Shown here piece after piece: positions 4,689 to 5,525 of a DNA stretch of 5,525 bases. This DNA comes from a virus: the IMG/VR virus record IMGVR_UViG_3300025641_000002, positions 1 through 5,525 of that record; one strand, written 5' to 3'. Positions within the stretch are counted from its first letter, which is position 1, and each line of letters opens with the position of its first letter. Under the pieces are notes generated by a model. The model searched no databases. It was not told where the DNA came from and saw nothing but the letters and a program-made list of their open reading frames with translations. Made by a program: the position numbers and the translations under genes.

Positions 4689-5444
4689 ATGCCATTTGGA
4701 TTAACATTTGGAAAACTTGCACAAGTAGCACTTGGAGCTTATGGCGCAAAAAAGAGTGCTAAAGCAATGAAAGGCGCAAACGATCTTGATTTGAAAAAAT
4801 TAAGACGTGAAGCAGAAGAAAATGGGTTTAACCCATTAACAGTACTACGAGCCACAGGCGGACAAGGTAGTACAAAAGGCCCATCTGGCGGTTTAGCTAG
4901 TGGGGCATTTTTTAGTACATTTGCACAAGGAATACCAAGTATTCTTGAATCAAATTACGATAAAAAAATGAAAGATGCACAGTTAGCAAGTACAATTGCT
5001 AACACACGTTATACGGGTGCATTAACACATGATTTATTAACAAATCCAAATAAAGGCGGACGAAGAATTGATCCATTAAGTGGATTAGAAATTAAAGACG
5101 CTTTTATACAAGTAATGGGTGATGATGGGAAATTAACAAAAGTTCCCAACAACGAAATTACAGAAGGTAACAATCCAATTGAATTAGCAACAGCTGCAGG
5201 TATGCAAATAACATCAGAAGTTGCAAATAAATTAGGAGTGCCATTACCTACCCCAACATCTTATGTTGATATGGGTGCAAAGGTTTGGAATAAAATTGGA
5301 TTATTATCAAAAGGTGCTTTTGATAAATTAAAATCCAAAGCAACTAAAAGTTATCAAGAAAATCACGGAGCTTTAGCAAGTGATACAATCATAACGTCAA
5401 AAATAGACGATTTTGATTATCTTGATGCATATTTTGGAAAATAA
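4689..5444 (+). CDS. Minor capsid / DNA pilot protein (VP2 / H-like), 251 aa
   Basis: GGGAG at 4675-4679, 9 nt before the ATG. It has a Gly/Ala-rich hydrophobic N-terminus (MPFGLTFGKLAQVALGAYGA) and then a basic helix. The EENGFNPLTVL motif resembles the G(L/I)NP motif I associate with gokushovirus-type VP2. It sits directly upstream of the capsid gene on the circle. Confidence 0.7.
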   Translation: MPFGLTFGKLAQVALGAYGAKKSAKAMKGANDLDLKKLRREAEENGFNPLTVLRATGGQGSTKGPSGGLASGAFFSTFAQGIPSILESNYDKKMKDAQLASTIANTRYTGALTHDLLTNPNKGGRRIDPLSGLEIKDAFIQVMGDDGKLTKVPNNEITEGNNPIELATAAGMQITSEVANKLGVPLPTPTSYVDMGAKVWNKIGLLSKGAFDKLKSKATKSYQENHGALASDTIITSKIDDFDYLDAYFGK

Positions 5445-5525
5445 AATGTGCGCCAAGTGTAAAAAAATACGAAAAATTATAACCAAAATCATTGCAAGGA
5501 GAAAACGCAAATGAGAATGACTGAA
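5399..5525. repeat. Terminal direct repeat, copy 2 (includes the duplicated capsid start codon at 5511)
   Basis: Identical to nt 1-127, offset 5,398 nt. ATG 5511 corresponds to ATG 113. Confidence 0.97.

Noticed and set aside
1-5525. tRNA, rRNA, CRISPR array, integrase or transposase
   Set aside because: I saw no cloverleaf-like or repeat-spacer structure and no recombinase-like ORF. Every long ORF is accounted for by phage functions.

Overview
The window is one complete, circularly permuted small ssDNA phage genome of Microviridae type. Nt 1-127 are base-for-base identical to nt 5399-5525, so the unit length is 5,398 nt and the terminal repeat is wrap-around of a circle. All credible genes lie on the + strand and are tightly packed. 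They are: an F/VP1-type major capsid protein (113-1792); an orphan 174-aa protein (1847-2371); a zinc M15 (VanY / T5-endolysin-like) cell-wall peptidase (2319 or 2349 to 2885); an HUH rolling-circle Rep of the VP4/gpA type (3026-4060); a very basic 100-aa ORF overprinted on the Rep 3' end (3952-4254); two mini membrane-protein ORFs missing from the ORF track and joined by an ATGA overlap (4416-4595, 4592-4687); a pilot/VP2-like protein (4689-5444); and a 22-codon polybasic mini-ORF (5446-5514, also 48-116) that ATGA-overlaps the capsid start. The main point of interest is a muralytic M15 peptidase together with holin-like mini-ORFs in a phage family whose textbook members lyse without any muralytic enzyme. 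Other points are the overprinted basic ORF, two stem-loops with identical arms flanking the Rep start, a long bulged hairpin in the peptidase-Rep spacer, and an intrinsic-terminator-shaped hairpin inside the annotated 5' end of the peptidase ORF. Family assignments rest on motifs I recognise by eye. No searches were run.
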